64,000 bases of DNA from a virus, in the IMG/VR virus record IMGVR_UViG_2938816664_000004, one strand, 5' to 3'. Below the pieces are notes generated by a model. It was not told the DNA's origin, did no database searches, and saw only the letters and a list, made by a program, of their open reading frames with translations. Below, in pieces: positions 49,755 through 61,276 of this stretch. Position numbers and translations under genes: made by a program. Every line of letters begins with the position of its first letter. Position 1 is the first letter of the stretch.

Positions 49755-50069
49755 CTAGTGATGAAATATTTTAAATGTGTTTGTTTCTGGAGGTAGGCCC
49801 CAATCATGCTTTGCATAAATTACAGGTGCTCCACCAGTAGTTTTTCCAAAGGTGATTTCTACATTAAAGATTATGTATCTACCATTGGTGTAGATGGCGT
49901 CAGTTGGAACAGCCCACCTAGGTCCATCATTAATTCCTGCAATGTTTTGCTTGCTGTAAGAACTTTGTTGAATCGTTACAGTAGTGACAAAAGTAATTAC
50001 ATGATCCGTTGTCGAATCATAAGCGATTGAGTTATCTGGATACCTTATTTCAAGTCTAGCGTTTGCCAT
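49755..50069 (-). CDS. Putative tail-associated small protein
   Basis: LEIRYPDNSIAYDS start; abuts the tail fibre stop. Confidence 0.6.
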   Translation of the reverse strand: MANARLEIRYPDNSIAYDSTTDHVITFVTTVTIQQSSYSKQNIAGINDGPRWAVPTDAIYTNGRYIIFNVEITFGKTTGGAPVIYAKHDWGLPPETNTFKIFHH

Positions 50070-53000
50070 TTACCAAATCCCTAATCTAATACGTGCCACG
50101 TTGTTATCGTCATAAACGGTAGTCAAACTACCTGTAATAACCATTCGCGCTCCATTAGGCTTCGTTGGATCCTTAAGTGTGGTTAAAGTTCCAAGATTTG
50201 CGCTAATTGCACTTAAACTTGAGGCATTGATTTTTTCCGCGTTGATATAGCCGATTGACGCATTGTCCAAATACAGTCCGGCAGGTACGACTGTTCCATT
50301 TGGCAACGTTGTGGCTGTCGGTTGATAAACAAATGCGTATTTAGGCGCTACAGAACCCGCTGCGGCATTAGATGGTGGAGCGATGGCGAACTTGTTAGCC
50401 TGAATAATGAAATCAACGGTTTTGCTATCGTTCTCAATCCCAACACCGCCAATTAAATTGCCGGATTGCAACTTCAAAGTTGCTCTTGATTTCAATCCAT
50501 CAATTGATTGTTGCTGCGATTGAATTGACGCCGTATGTCCACCCACAGTTGTTTGCAGATTGGTAATACTTGTCGCCTGAGTTGAGACTTTTCCATCAAT
50601 CGTTGATACCTTGGCATCAAGTGAAGATAGCGCTGAGGCCTCAGCTTTATTCGATAAGCCATCACTCAATGCTTTAATGTCCTGAGACCATGCGAACCAC
50701 GAGTTGTAATCAGCACTTCTTCGTTCAGCAGTAAAAGCCGAAGAAGAACCTCGTGCAATTTGAATGATTGGGCCACCAGATGGGTCAATCCAATAAACGT
50801 ATGTTTCAAGGGAGACATATGTACCCATGCCAGTCAAACCTAGCACAGAGGCTTGCTTGAACTCGCGAACGATACGCAATGGATAGTTTGACCAATACCA
50901 CGATGGAGGCTGATTAGTAGATCGAGTATCGGATACTGCAACATCCTTTAATAAGCCATTCACAGATGCATTCAGCGAAGTAATACTTGAGCCTTGAGAG
51001 GTAATTGCACCTTCGGTTGTAGTTACGCGGTTGGCGAGGTTTGTTAGAGCCGAACTATCTGCTTTTGTTGCTAACGTGCCGTTAATATTGGTGATGCTAT
51101 TGTTTAGCGAGGTAATACTACTGCTATGTGAAGCAATATCCTTACCTTGTTGAGTCACTGTGTTCGACAATGACGAAATGGCAGAAGCATTTGCATCCAG
51201 TTGAGTGGTTAAAGTTCGGGAGTCACCTAAACCTACAGGTACACCATTCACAAAACTAAGCGGGTATTCAATCCACTGATTAGGAACAGTCGAATCAAAC
51301 ATACCGAGAATACCATTGCCTGCATCTAGGTCTTTGCGTCCTACAAAAATAGGAAGAGCATTCCAGTTCCAAGATCTGAAATATGTGTCGCCAGCACCAG
51401 AAGCAAGTAAAAGCGCACGTAAATCAGTATTTGGGTTTGAATTTCCAACTGAGCCAATGTTATCTGTACCCACGATTGCAAAGTAAGTTCCCGATGCAAG
51501 CGCCTTGATAGCGGCATAGATGGCGTTACATGCAGATACGATGTCGCCATAGGTGTTATATTGCGTACAGCTTTCAACATCCCCATTTTTAAACACAATG
51601 AGATTTAAACCGCGCCCAAATCCATATAATCGCGTATTGTTTCCAGTGTAGACGCCAGCCGCCTTTGGCATGCCAACGGCAGAGCCGTTACGGAAAGTCA
51701 CCAGCGAATATGACTTCGTGTTACCGATTTGATTAGTGAGCGAGGTAATGCTGCTGCTATTTGATGTAATAGTATTGCCTTGCTGACTTACTGTATTAGT
51801 AAGATTTGCGATAGCAGCGGCATTTGCATTGCTATCAGGGATATAATCATATGGGCTTGGAATCCAAGCATCAGTCGTGAGTACATCGCCTTTTACAAGC
51901 ACCGCCCAATAAACCGTACCAACGCTACCCTTGTCGGCTGTCGGACGGTTGAGCATGTAGAAGTGGATAATTGGGCCAGAGGCAACTGCGCTGTTTTTAA
52001 CAAAGGTAACTTTGCTGACAACCTTACCATTCGTATTTACTACGGCTTGCAGATGTTGTGAGCCACCACCTGCGTATACAGCAAGTGATGAGTTTGTATC
52101 GCCAGTCCCTCGTTTATGTTCAGCACACCAAATTAAAGTATATGTAGCCCCAACTTCCCAATCTTCACCGAGTTTGTATGTATGGTGTGGGTATGAGACA
52201 CCATCATAAGTGCCAACTACATTGGATTTGATGAGAAGGTTTGTGCCCGCCTTTCCACTAACCGCTAGGGAATTAGTCAATGAGGTAATTGAATTACCTT
52301 GGCTTGTGATATTCCCCTCCGCAGTGGTTACTCGATTAGAGAGCGAATTTAAGGCTGTCGCATCTGCCTTCTGGGCGAGGGTGGCATTGATGTTTGTAAC
52401 GCTATTGTTGAGCGTAACGATATTATTTGATGCCGAAGTTAAACGACCGTCGATGTTTGTAACTTTTGAAGTTAAATCAGTTACGGCGGACGAGGTTGCT
52501 TGCAAGTCGGTTGCTAACTTCTTATTACCTGTAATGTTACGTACTTGAATGTTCGTAACATGCCATTGCTGCCCCGCTGCTTCTGACGCAGCAATACTTA
52601 CTTGAAGCCAAGGTCGAATATCAACCATGCCATTTGGCACAGTGAAATAACCTTCCACCATACCCCAAGCATTTTTGTCCGTAGACTTAATGGCAACGCT
52701 ATACCAAGTGTAAGTGCCTGCGCTGTTCCGAGTATTGAAACCAAGCACGGCAGAAGCGGTTGCTGATGTATTTGGCGTCGCAAACCAAGCCGAAACATAG
52801 AACATGTCGCCAACATTACATTTGACGAAAGGACCGTAATAACTATCACGGTTATTCAGTCTTAATGCTTTTGCAGAAGGCGGGTTAGGCGCTGCGTCAG
52901 TCGCATCAACAATTACGCCAGATGTCCAATCGCTTTTCGGGTCTACGAAATCAGGATTAAGAACAAGATTCGATAAATCATTGTTAGTAATCTTGTTGGT

Positions 53001-56000
53001 TAAGGTGGTAATAGAATTACTGTGAGAAGTAATTGTATCGCCCTGTTGAGACACAGTATTTGTCAGATTACTAATTGCAGAAGCAGTGGCATTAAGCGTT
53101 GTTGAAATGTCTAATAAAGACGGCTCAATGATTGCAGAAATGCCATTAGATGCGAGGTCTGCCTCAGCCATGAAACTAGCTGACCAACCATCGGCCCAAC
53201 TATCTGGTGGAGTTGTGTAGCCAATTTCAGCGTCGATATTGAATTTTGGATATTGCCAGTAAGCGCCTGGTGCCTGAGAAGTTAAAATAACGACTACTGT
53301 GCCATTTCGGACACCCATGCGAACTCGAATTGGCATGGTGCCCGAATTTACCACTCCATGTTGAAGCAGAGAGGTGCCCGAATATGCATAGCCCCCAATG
53401 TTCAGATTAATTTCATTCTTAGCGGCCAAGTAGTTATAGCCAGTAAGTGAAAGTCGGAACATTTTATTTGTGAAGGTAATTGGCGTTTGGATTACGATAT
53501 TGCCAGTTAGATTTGCGCCGTTTTGCTGCCATACAAGAACGCCTCTAAATAACTTAGCTGCGCCAGTACCGCCCTGAATCTTAGGCAATGCAGCGTTCGC
53601 TGTATTGGTTGTAACCGTTAAGCTGTTACTTAAATTAGTAATCGCATTACTTTGATTGGTTAAACCATTTTCAGCAGCCGTCATTCTCGTTGAAAGACCG
53701 CTTAGAGCCGAGTTTGCCGCTGAGATATTCCCTTCTGCTGCACTCATACGAGAGTTAAGCGAAGTGATTGAATTTGTTGCTGTCGTTAAGCGTCCATCAA
53801 CTTCTGATACTTTGGTATCAAGAGCGCTAATCGCTGATGCATTTGCATCATTGCCAACAATTGCCTCTGCATCTTCCAGAATTAGGTAATCAAGCTCAAC
53901 AATGCCCGTTTGCGCCGAATAGTTTGCAATAAACATCGGCGTGATGAAGCCTGCTTGTTGTGAAACAGTACGTGGGCTTGTTTTTGAGCCTGAACCCGAT
54001 GCTGCTCCTGCTGATCGACCTTTGATATACGCAACGATTTCTTGCCATTCATCGATCGCAGGTGCGTGCGCATTAACAACATAGTTAGAAGACCCCATAT
54101 CGCCCGATAATGCGTTGGCTGTTGTTACGTATAGTGCCTTGTCTGGGGTTTTCTGAGAGACACCGAGGTAAATTGTGCCTGTTCCGGCACGACGGCGATA
54201 CCGCGCACGAAGTCGATATGTCTTAGTTGCATCAAAAGGAATGAAGTTATTCGGATGCATCCAAACAATATCATTGCCAGCATTATTTCCAAGTTGAATA
54301 ACACGACCCGCTTGGCCATCCGCTTGTGCAACAATTGAGTATTCGCCTGACGTATTAAAGAATGTCCAATCGCCCTGTGCATTACCCGCATTCATTGAAA
54401 TGCTTGAAGTAGCGTTGCTTAAAGTTGAACTTAAAGCTGTAATGGCATTGGTATTTGACGTTACTTTGCCATCGACATTCGTAACTTTCGTGTCGAGGTT
54501 TTGAAGCGCAGAAGCATCAGCCTTTTTGTTTAAATTGCCTTCTGTGGTCGTCATGCGACTTTCGAGGCTAGTGACGCGTCCCGCAGTCGCGGCGTTTTGG
54601 CTAGTGGCTGTGTTGAATAAATCAGTCGCCTTGGCTTGCGTTGAAAGAATCATTCCGGTTGGGTCGCTACCTGCAATCCAAGCCGAAGGGGTTGTGTTGT
54701 TGCCAACTTGCCGTTCAAGCATCATTCTTTCGATATTGATAACTTGTCCCGCAGGTTTGCCTGTAGGGTTTCCGATTAACAGCATACATGCAGCGGCACC
54801 ACCAGCGGGCACCGTGAACACCCCGCTATAGCGGGTTAATGTTGCGGTAATATTAAAGCGCAGGCGTGTACTATCTACATTGTAGAGTTGCCACTCAATA
54901 GCATGCGGTGGTGTCCCGCCAACAGTTTTGGCAACAAAACTAAAAATGTATGTACCTTCTGTTAGCCACTGTCGCGGAACTTGGCCGCCACCAATGTTGA
55001 AGTAAGTGCCGCTAGTGGTGTTGGCAGGCATCGTGAATTGGAACGCACGCACATTCACCGTATCTGGTGATTGAATAACTTCAAATGGAAGACCTGAAAT
55101 CCAATTTGGCTTTTCGATTGGGTTGGAAATTTCAGGGCCGAGCAAGTTCACGCCTTGATTTGGAATTCCCTCAAAGCTGCTTTGCAACGCTGTTAATGCA
55201 GAAGAGTTAGATGTAACTTTGCCATCGATTAGTGTTACTTTTGAATCAAGCGACTGTAATGCGCTCGCATCCGCTTTACTCGAAAGTGCGCCGTTGATGC
55301 TTGAAATGCTGTTATTTAGTTGAGTAATAGAATTACTATGGGAAGTAATGGTATTACCCTGCTGGCTGACAGTGTTTGACAGGGTGTTAATCGCATTCGC
55401 ATTGGCTGCAATAGCATCGCTATAAGCTTTTGGAATGGTGTCGTTTACAGCCGTTACATCAAATACTTCGTATGAAGCAAGAATCACAAAGACTGGATTA
55501 TCAACCGTTGGTACTGGCGGGTTAGTACCGGCAATTACGCGGAAATGACCTTGAATAGTAGAGCCACTTAAATCAGCCCCACCTTGTACGACAGAGTAGT
55601 ACGTTTCAAATTTGCCAGTTCCTAGATCATTACCCAAGATTCGGATGTATCCACCCGTACCCGTAGCATTACCGATGGCTTGTAATTTTGTACCCACTGG
55701 CATCTTAATAATTTGTTTAATTAAGAAGGTTTTATTTGCAGTGAGTACAAGCGTAGGTGCAGTTGGATACCAACCACCACCCAACGCTTGAGTTGCTTTG
55801 ATCAACATTTCATGGGTTGAGCCAGTTGGGTTGTCTGTTGACTTAGTTTGCTTAACCCATGAAGTTCCCGCAGGGAAACTGTATGCAGATAAACCACCAG
55901 CAGAGGTCGTTTTGAAAGTTGGATCGTCGCGTAGAGGCTTGCCAAGAGATAACAGTCGCGCCAGAACGTTTACGTCGTTCAAGTTACTGTTTGTTAGATC

Positions 56001-59000
56001 AAGGCTATTGCTAAGCGAAGTAATCTGCCCGCTTTGACTTGAAATCTTGCCCTCGGCTGTTTCCACTCGGCTAGTTAAGTTATTGACCGCGCTTGAATCG
56101 GCTTTGTTTGCCAGTGTTCCATTGATTGAGGTGACGCTATTTTGTAGCGATGCAATTGAATCACTTTGATTGGTGATCTTGCCCTCAGCGGTTGCCATGC
56201 GTGTCGAAAGTCCACCAACCGCAGTATTTGTGCTGTTGATATTTCCTTCGGCTGTAGACATGCGCGAATTTAGTGACGTAATCGAATCTGTAGCAGTGGT
56301 TAGCCGACCATCGATATTGTCAACTTTTGTTTGGGTCGTTTGAATTGCAGAAGCATTGGCGTCAATTGCAGCCTTTGTATCACGAGGGCTTGGACTCCAA
56401 GCGGTAGCCTTTGTGCCCGCTTCAATTTGTAATTTACGAATCGTCGGGATACGGCCAGTTCCATACGTTCCATAGAACTCAATTGTCGAAACAGTTGTAC
56501 TTGCCGTATGCGCTTTTGGACTAACTGTTACTGAATATTTGGCAAATTGATTTACGATAATTGCATTAACGGAAGTAACGAATTGGTGAGCAGAACCATT
56601 TGACGAATAAACTTGAACCGGTCCAGCCACAGGAACGCTCATTTCAAACGAAATCGTGATTGGCTTCTCAAGGTTTTCGTCATAGAACGCTTTTAATTCG
56701 GCGCTACGTTCATACAGTAAATATTCGCGATTCGTTGCGGCAGTTGAAGTGCGAGGAGCTTCGGAGTTCGCAACAACGTTTACACCACCAATCGTCAATT
56801 GACTGTTGAACTTGTCGATTGCGCCAGAGGCGGCAGAATCAGCCTCAGTTTTTGTGTAGTAGTTGTTTAATGCAGATGCGTCTGCTTTGGTTGAAAGTCC
56901 TTTCTCAATGCTCGAAACACTACCTTGAAGAGATGTAACAGCGTTGGCATTACTTGTTACTCGGCCATCAATTTCTGAGACTTTTGAATCCAAAGAATTG
57001 AGAGCGCTTGAGTCAGCTTTGGTTGAAACGGCTTTGTTGGTAGATGCTAGATCGTTTTGAAGAGAGACAATTGACGACCCTTGTGATGAAATTTGCCCCT
57101 CAGCATTAGAAACGCGAGTTGTTAATGCATTTAAAGCTGTAGCATCCGCTTTGTTTGAAAGGGTTCCATTAATCGTATTAATGCTGTTGTTTAGTTGCGT
57201 GATCAAATTGCCTTGAGATGTAATTTTCCCCTCGTTGTTCGAAACGCGTGTAATTAGGTTGTTGATTGCTACAGCGTTTGTATCTAAGGCATTCTTAATC
57301 GCATTTAGATCAGCAGGACCCGCCGTCCACGTAGAAGCAGGCTTTTCGGAACCGACAGACTCTTCAAGCATCAACATATCGATGAGGTATTCGCCGGCAG
57401 AAGGCCCTGAAGGGTTACCTACGACATAGACGGTAGCGCCGATTGCATTTGCAGGTGAGTTGACTGGTCTAAATGAGTATCGTTGGCCGTTAGCGTTCGG
57501 AGCAATGTAAGAATCTGTTTGACCTTGTGGAAAAATGATTCCGGCATTTGTTGTGATGTTTCCAGTGCTAGGGTCACGAATAAACCACAGGATGTTGAAA
57601 CGGAATGACGGAACGGCTGTTGATAAAGCCTTCAACCAAACGCTAAATGTATAAGCGCGCCCCGCTTCAACTTGCATCGCCATTTGTGATGGTGCTAGAG
57701 CGGCTTGAGCGGTGCCGAAATACACATAATGAGCCGCCGCCGTGAATGACACTTTGTAAGCCTTGCCGTTTCGACGTAACGCAGAGTCCACCAAAGCTAC
57801 GGTACGACTCGCCCCACCAAGAGCTGGAAGTTCTTGCGGATCCGAGAAGGGAGCTACAATGTTATTAATGCCTTTTCCGCTGCTTAATTCTGATTTAAGA
57901 GCAGTAACGGAGTTTGCAACAGCATTAGCCTTGTCTACCGCTGAACTTGCGGTTTGTTGAGCTGTTGCCGCTGCATTAATCGCATCTGCTGTTTTGCCTT
58001 CGTTTGTGGTTAAACGAGAGTCAAGCGAAGAAATTTTTGATGTATTTGCGCTTGTATTTGTCGCGTTGGTATTAATTTGCGTTTGCAGACTAGACAAAGT
58101 GCCATTTGTGCTCGACTTATAGGTCTCAATATTGCTTAACAGCGCCGCATCTTCTGTCTTACGCTGAGATGTTTCAATTGTCAGGCCATCATTCAGTTTA
58201 GAAATTGCCACTGTGCGTGCATCAGTTTCATCAGCAATTTTCTTATTCAACTGATTTGTTGAGGTTGTTAAATCAGAAGCAACTTTTGATGCGGCTGCGG
58301 CTGCATCGTTTGCCGTAGTTTGAGCTTTTGATGCAGTAGAACTTGCCGTAGCTGCCGTTGTCGCTGCATTATCTGCGGCTGTTTTTGCTTGATTTGCAGC
58401 CGTTACCGCTTGGTCTGCTGCATTTTTGGCGTTAGCCGCTGTTGCACTTGCTTCACTAGCGATTTGTTGAGCCGATGACGCTTGTGTCTGGGCAGAGCTT
58501 GCTGCTTTTTGAGCTTCGGAAGCTGCTGTTTTGGCATCTGTCGCTGCTGTTTGTGCGTTTGTTGCTGCCGTTTGAGCGTTGTCAGCAACAATCTTTGCGG
58601 CTTCAGATACGGTTACTGAATTTTCAATCTTGCCCTGTAATTCAGTTGCAAGGTCGCTTTCTCCAATTTGACCAGAGATTAGATCAAGTACCTGATCTGG
58701 GTCATTTCCAGTCGTGCCTTTAACGAAGTTCGACCAATCACTTTCATTGCCAGACTTATCAACGGTTTTCGTTCTGTACCATTGATCAAGACCGCCCTGT
58801 AATCCCTGAATAGTCAAGGTGTTTGTAGGATATGAAACATTACCGAGCAATCTAGGGTTTGAACCATCAGCCCGATCACTCACTTCAATGACAACATGTG
58901 ATAGGTCAGAGTTACCTGCCGGATAAACCCAATCGAGCTTCATGCCGAACAATAACGGCGTGGTTGTCAAAGAAAGGACATTAGTTGGCTTGCCAACTTT

Positions 59001-61253
59001 TCCTTTTACGTCGGTGCTTGTTGAATACTTCGGATAAGAACGTGCGCCAAAAAGGTTGTACGCAACAACGCGAGCTGTATAGGCTCCCGCGTATACATCC
59101 TCAACCTCAATACTTAATGAAGTGGTCTGTGGAAGCTTGACCCAGTTGCCATCATTGCGTTTCCATTCGACTTCATAACGCGCTGCATTTTTCGCTTCTT
59201 TCCAGCTAATAACGAGGCGAGTTTTTGCGACATTTTGAGTGGTAATAATTTCACTCTTAATCTCGACACTTGCAGGAGGTTCCTGATTGCGAGAGTTCAA
59301 GATTGAAGTCGGCGGAACATCAAGCATCAAATCATTTTCAATAGATTGATACTTGTTAGGATTGTGAGGAACGGCAGTAATGTTATAAGTGCCCTTTTCT
59401 TCACCTTGAGCAACGTTTACAACGCGAGCGATTACTGGTTGTAATTCTGCCGCTTTGATAATCCATAAAGCGTATTTGACAGGCATAACCGTCAAGGCTT
59501 CAGCCCATTCCACCACTGTTACTTCTTTGGTGTGTCCAGAAACGGTTACTGTCTTTTTGGTATGAGAAGCAATTACGCGCTCTGCTAATGACCCATCTTC
59601 TAAACGGATCACAAGCGTCAAATCAGTAAATTCCCCAAAATCAACCAGATCATCAAGAACTGCCTGTTTGGCTGTGCAATCTAGTAAACGTCCACCAAAA
59701 CGTTTACCCGCGCGGTCACGGTCTTGAACGTAAATCAAATCACCCGGCAATAGGAGAGCTGCATCAATGCCGACATTGAATGTGATTGTTTCTGACTGTT
59801 GGTGCTCGCTGTATAGCAACCAACGGCCATAACGAGCAGCTTGACCGCGTGACGTACACCCGAATGCCATGACTTCTGTTTTGCGAATGCCATAGCGTTC
59901 AATGAGTTCAGGGTCTTCAACTACTTCTGGAACTTGTTTGTAGTCGTCATTCGGATCATTCCATGTAACTACCGCGACTGAATGACGGTCTTTATTCGAA
60001 GTTCCCTGATAAGAGAAATCGCCAACAATATTGGTATTGTTGAACAGCATTTGCGGAGTGCCTGGCGCATCGATGGTAAAGCCCACCATATGGCCTGCCC
60101 AATACGCCATGCCGTTAAATGCCGAGCAAATATCGACAATGAGGTCATACGCTTCAACACGAGTATTGATAACGCAGTTAATTGTGTATCGCGGTTCTTT
60201 GTTGCCAAAACCGTCGTCTACAAGCTGATCGCAATACTGACCAATTACATACAAACGGCTTTCGTCGATCATTTCAGGCGTAATGTATTCGCCTAGACCG
60301 TAACGTTTGCTAAGTAACAGGTCATACAGAATCCATGCAGGGTTACTTGATGACTCAAGCTTGAAAGTACCATCCCAAGGCCCTGTGTATGACCCGTCTT
60401 TATTGCGGTTTGACGGAACCTTGATTAATAGACCATCTACCAGATACTCACGTTTAGGAATTGAACTAAACGTTTCTGAACTGAATCGGGTAGCGACCAA
60501 TGCAACGTTTGGATATGAAAACTTGGTTAATTCAACTTCCGAGTAACTCTCGAAGAATGTTGTGTTTTGAAGGTACGATGAATTTGAATCTGGGGTTGTT
60601 CTTGTGATCTGGAATGACCAAGCGGTAATTGGTGTACCGTCAGCTTTCTTTTTTGGAAGGTCGAAAGAGAAAGAACGCTGATAACGTGATGTTGTTTTAC
60701 CAGTGATTTTTTTAGTTGCAAGGATTTCATAAGGGCCGTTGTTTACCGACAACTTGATTTGGAACTCTACGGAAGTGCCATAGGTATCGCCGGAGCTGCG
60801 ATCGGTAGACAAAAGAGAGTTCACGGCCAAAATGATGCGAACGCGATCTGCATTCGGGTTTGAAACCGTAAATGCGCTAGGGATGCCGGATTTAAGCTGT
60901 ACGTTTTTGTAAAAAGGAGTCTCTACCCCTTCGCCAAATCCTTCGATGTAGTCTTGTCGCTGTAAACCGACCCGTTCCGCCCAAGACACATTCGCGAAGT
61001 TCAGTTCACCGTTTGTATGACGTAAGCGTGTTCCATCAAAAAAGATTGATTTTTCTTTTTCGGTAAGACTGTCGCCGTCAACGTTATCGACCAGACCACC
61101 GATTTGACCTTCGCCAATTAGATCAATGATATTTACATACGCGCTAGATTGAAGGTTATCTGGATCTTCTCTCGGCACGGAAGGGCTTTTGCTGCCTCCA
61201 GAAGCCCCTGCAATTGGTAAAGGAAAACCAAATTTCTTAATTTTAGCGTTCAT
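50070..61253 (-). CDS. Giant central tail fibre / host-specificity protein (lambda J-like), 3727 aa
   Basis: DLIGEGQIGG, SSNPAWILYD, GCTSRGQAAR.GRW, Fn3-like domains, coiled-coil repeats alternating with globular modules, C-terminal RIRLGIW. Confidence 0.9.
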   Translation of the reverse strand: MNAKIKKFGFPLPIAGASGGSKSPSVPREDPDNLQSSAYVNIIDLIGEGQIGGLVDNVDGDSLTEKEKSIFFDGTRLRHTNGELNFANVSWAERVGLQRQDYIEGFGEGVETPFYKNVQLKSGIPSAFTVSNPNADRVRIILAVNSLLSTDRSSGDTYGTSVEFQIKLSVNNGPYEILATKKITGKTTSRYQRSFSFDLPKKKADGTPITAWSFQITRTTPDSNSSYLQNTTFFESYSEVELTKFSYPNVALVATRFSSETFSSIPKREYLVDGLLIKVPSNRNKDGSYTGPWDGTFKLESSSNPAWILYDLLLSKRYGLGEYITPEMIDESRLYVIGQYCDQLVDDGFGNKEPRYTINCVINTRVEAYDLIVDICSAFNGMAYWAGHMVGFTIDAPGTPQMLFNNTNIVGDFSYQGTSNKDRHSVAVVTWNDPNDDYKQVPEVVEDPELIERYGIRKTEVMAFGCTSRGQAARYGRWLLYSEHQQSETITFNVGIDAALLLPGDLIYVQDRDRAGKRFGGRLLDCTAKQAVLDDLVDFGEFTDLTLVIRLEDGSLAERVIASHTKKTVTVSGHTKEVTVVEWAEALTVMPVKYALWIIKAAELQPVIARVVNVAQGEEKGTYNITAVPHNPNKYQSIENDLMLDVPPTSILNSRNQEPPASVEIKSEIITTQNVAKTRLVISWKEAKNAARYEVEWKRNDGNWVKLPQTTSLSIEVEDVYAGAYTARVVAYNLFGARSYPKYSTSTDVKGKVGKPTNVLSLTTTPLLFGMKLDWVYPAGNSDLSHVVIEVSDRADGSNPRLLGNVSYPTNTLTIQGLQGGLDQWYRTKTVDKSGNESDWSNFVKGTTGNDPDQVLDLISGQIGESDLATELQGKIENSVTVSEAAKIVADNAQTAATNAQTAATDAKTAASEAQKAASSAQTQASSAQQIASEASATAANAKNAADQAVTAANQAKTAADNAATTAATASSTASKAQTTANDAAAAASKVASDLTTSTNQLNKKIADETDARTVAISKLNDGLTIETSQRKTEDAALLSNIETYKSSTNGTLSSLQTQINTNATNTSANTSKISSLDSRLTTNEGKTADAINAAATAQQTASSAVDKANAVANSVTALKSELSSGKGINNIVAPFSDPQELPALGGASRTVALVDSALRRNGKAYKVSFTAAAHYVYFGTAQAALAPSQMAMQVEAGRAYTFSVWLKALSTAVPSFRFNILWFIRDPSTGNITTNAGIIFPQGQTDSYIAPNANGQRYSFRPVNSPANAIGATVYVVGNPSGPSAGEYLIDMLMLEESVGSEKPASTWTAGPADLNAIKNALDTNAVAINNLITRVSNNEGKITSQGNLITQLNNSINTINGTLSNKADATALNALTTRVSNAEGQISSQGSSIVSLQNDLASTNKAVSTKADSSALNSLDSKVSEIDGRVTSNANAVTSLQGSVSSIEKGLSTKADASALNNYYTKTEADSAASGAIDKFNSQLTIGGVNVVANSEAPRTSTAATNREYLLYERSAELKAFYDENLEKPITISFEMSVPVAGPVQVYSSNGSAHQFVTSVNAIIVNQFAKYSVTVSPKAHTASTTVSTIEFYGTYGTGRIPTIRKLQIEAGTKATAWSPSPRDTKAAIDANASAIQTTQTKVDNIDGRLTTATDSITSLNSRMSTAEGNINSTNTAVGGLSTRMATAEGKITNQSDSIASLQNSVTSINGTLANKADSSAVNNLTSRVETAEGKISSQSGQITSLSNSLDLTNSNLNDVNVLARLLSLGKPLRDDPTFKTTSAGGLSAYSFPAGTSWVKQTKSTDNPTGSTHEMLIKATQALGGGWYPTAPTLVLTANKTFLIKQIIKMPVGTKLQAIGNATGTGGYIRILGNDLGTGKFETYYSVVQGGADLSGSTIQGHFRVIAGTNPPVPTVDNPVFVILASYEVFDVTAVNDTIPKAYSDAIAANANAINTLSNTVSQQGNTITSHSNSITQLNNSISSINGALSSKADASALQSLDSKVTLIDGKVTSNSSALTALQSSFEGIPNQGVNLLGPEISNPIEKPNWISGLPFEVIQSPDTVNVRAFQFTMPANTTSGTYFNIGGGQVPRQWLTEGTYIFSFVAKTVGGTPPHAIEWQLYNVDSTRLRFNITATLTRYSGVFTVPAGGAAACMLLIGNPTGKPAGQVINIERMMLERQVGNNTTPSAWIAGSDPTGMILSTQAKATDLFNTATSQNAATAGRVTSLESRMTTTEGNLNKKADASALQNLDTKVTNVDGKVTSNTNAITALSSTLSNATSSISMNAGNAQGDWTFFNTSGEYSIVAQADGQAGRVIQLGNNAGNDIVWMHPNNFIPFDATKTYRLRARYRRRAGTGTIYLGVSQKTPDKALYVTTANALSGDMGSSNYVVNAHAPAIDEWQEIVAYIKGRSAGAASGSGSKTSPRTVSQQAGFITPMFIANYSAQTGIVELDYLILEDAEAIVGNDANASAISALDTKVSEVDGRLTTATNSITSLNSRMSAAEGNISAANSALSGLSTRMTAAENGLTNQSNAITNLSNSLTVTTNTANAALPKIQGGTGAAKLFRGVLVWQQNGANLTGNIVIQTPITFTNKMFRLSLTGYNYLAAKNEINLNIGGYAYSGTSLLQHGVVNSGTMPIRVRMGVRNGTVVVILTSQAPGAYWQYPKFNIDAEIGYTTPPDSWADGWSASFMAEADLASNGISAIIEPSLLDISTTLNATASAISNLTNTVSQQGDTITSHSNSITTLTNKITNNDLSNLVLNPDFVDPKSDWTSGVIVDATDAAPNPPSAKALRLNNRDSYYGPFVKCNVGDMFYVSAWFATPNTSATASAVLGFNTRNSAGTYTWYSVAIKSTDKNAWGMVEGYFTVPNGMVDIRPWLQVSIAASEAAGQQWHVTNIQVRNITGNKKLATDLQATSSAVTDLTSKVTNIDGRLTSASNNIVTLNNSVTNINATLAQKADATALNSLSNRVTTAEGNITSQGNSITSLTNSLAVSGKAGTNLLIKSNVVGTYDGVSYPHHTYKLGEDWEVGATYTLIWCAEHKRGTGDTNSSLAVYAGGGSQHLQAVVNTNGKVVSKVTFVKNSAVASGPIIHFYMLNRPTADKGSVGTVYWAVLVKGDVLTTDAWIPSPYDYIPDSNANAAAIANLTNTVSQQGNTITSNSSSITSLTNQIGNTKSYSLVTFRNGSAVGMPKAAGVYTGNNTRLYGFGRGLNLIVFKNGDVESCTQYNTYGDIVSACNAIYAAIKALASGTYFAIVGTDNIGSVGNSNPNTDLRALLLASGAGDTYFRSWNWNALPIFVGRKDLDAGNGILGMFDSTVPNQWIEYPLSFVNGVPVGLGDSRTLTTQLDANASAISSLSNTVTQQGKDIASHSSSITSLNNSITNINGTLATKADSSALTNLANRVTTTEGAITSQGSSITSLNASVNGLLKDVAVSDTRSTNQPPSWYWSNYPLRIVREFKQASVLGLTGMGTYVSLETYVYWIDPSGGPIIQIARGSSSAFTAERRSADYNSWFAWSQDIKALSDGLSNKAEASALSSLDAKVSTIDGKVSTQATSITNLQTTVGGHTASIQSQQQSIDGLKSRATLKLQSGNLIGGVGIENDSKTVDFIIQANKFAIAPPSNAAAGSVAPKYAFVYQPTATTLPNGTVVPAGLYLDNASIGYINAEKINASSLSAISANLGTLTTLKDPTKPNGARMVITGSLTTVYDDNNVARIRLGIW

Positions 61254-61276
61254 ACATCATTCCCAAATTAACTTGC

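Noticed and set aside
50070..61253. Diversity-generating retroelement or shufflon acting on the tail fibre
   Set aside because: No reverse transcriptase, template/variable repeat pair or adjacent invertase with inverted cassettes is visible in this window
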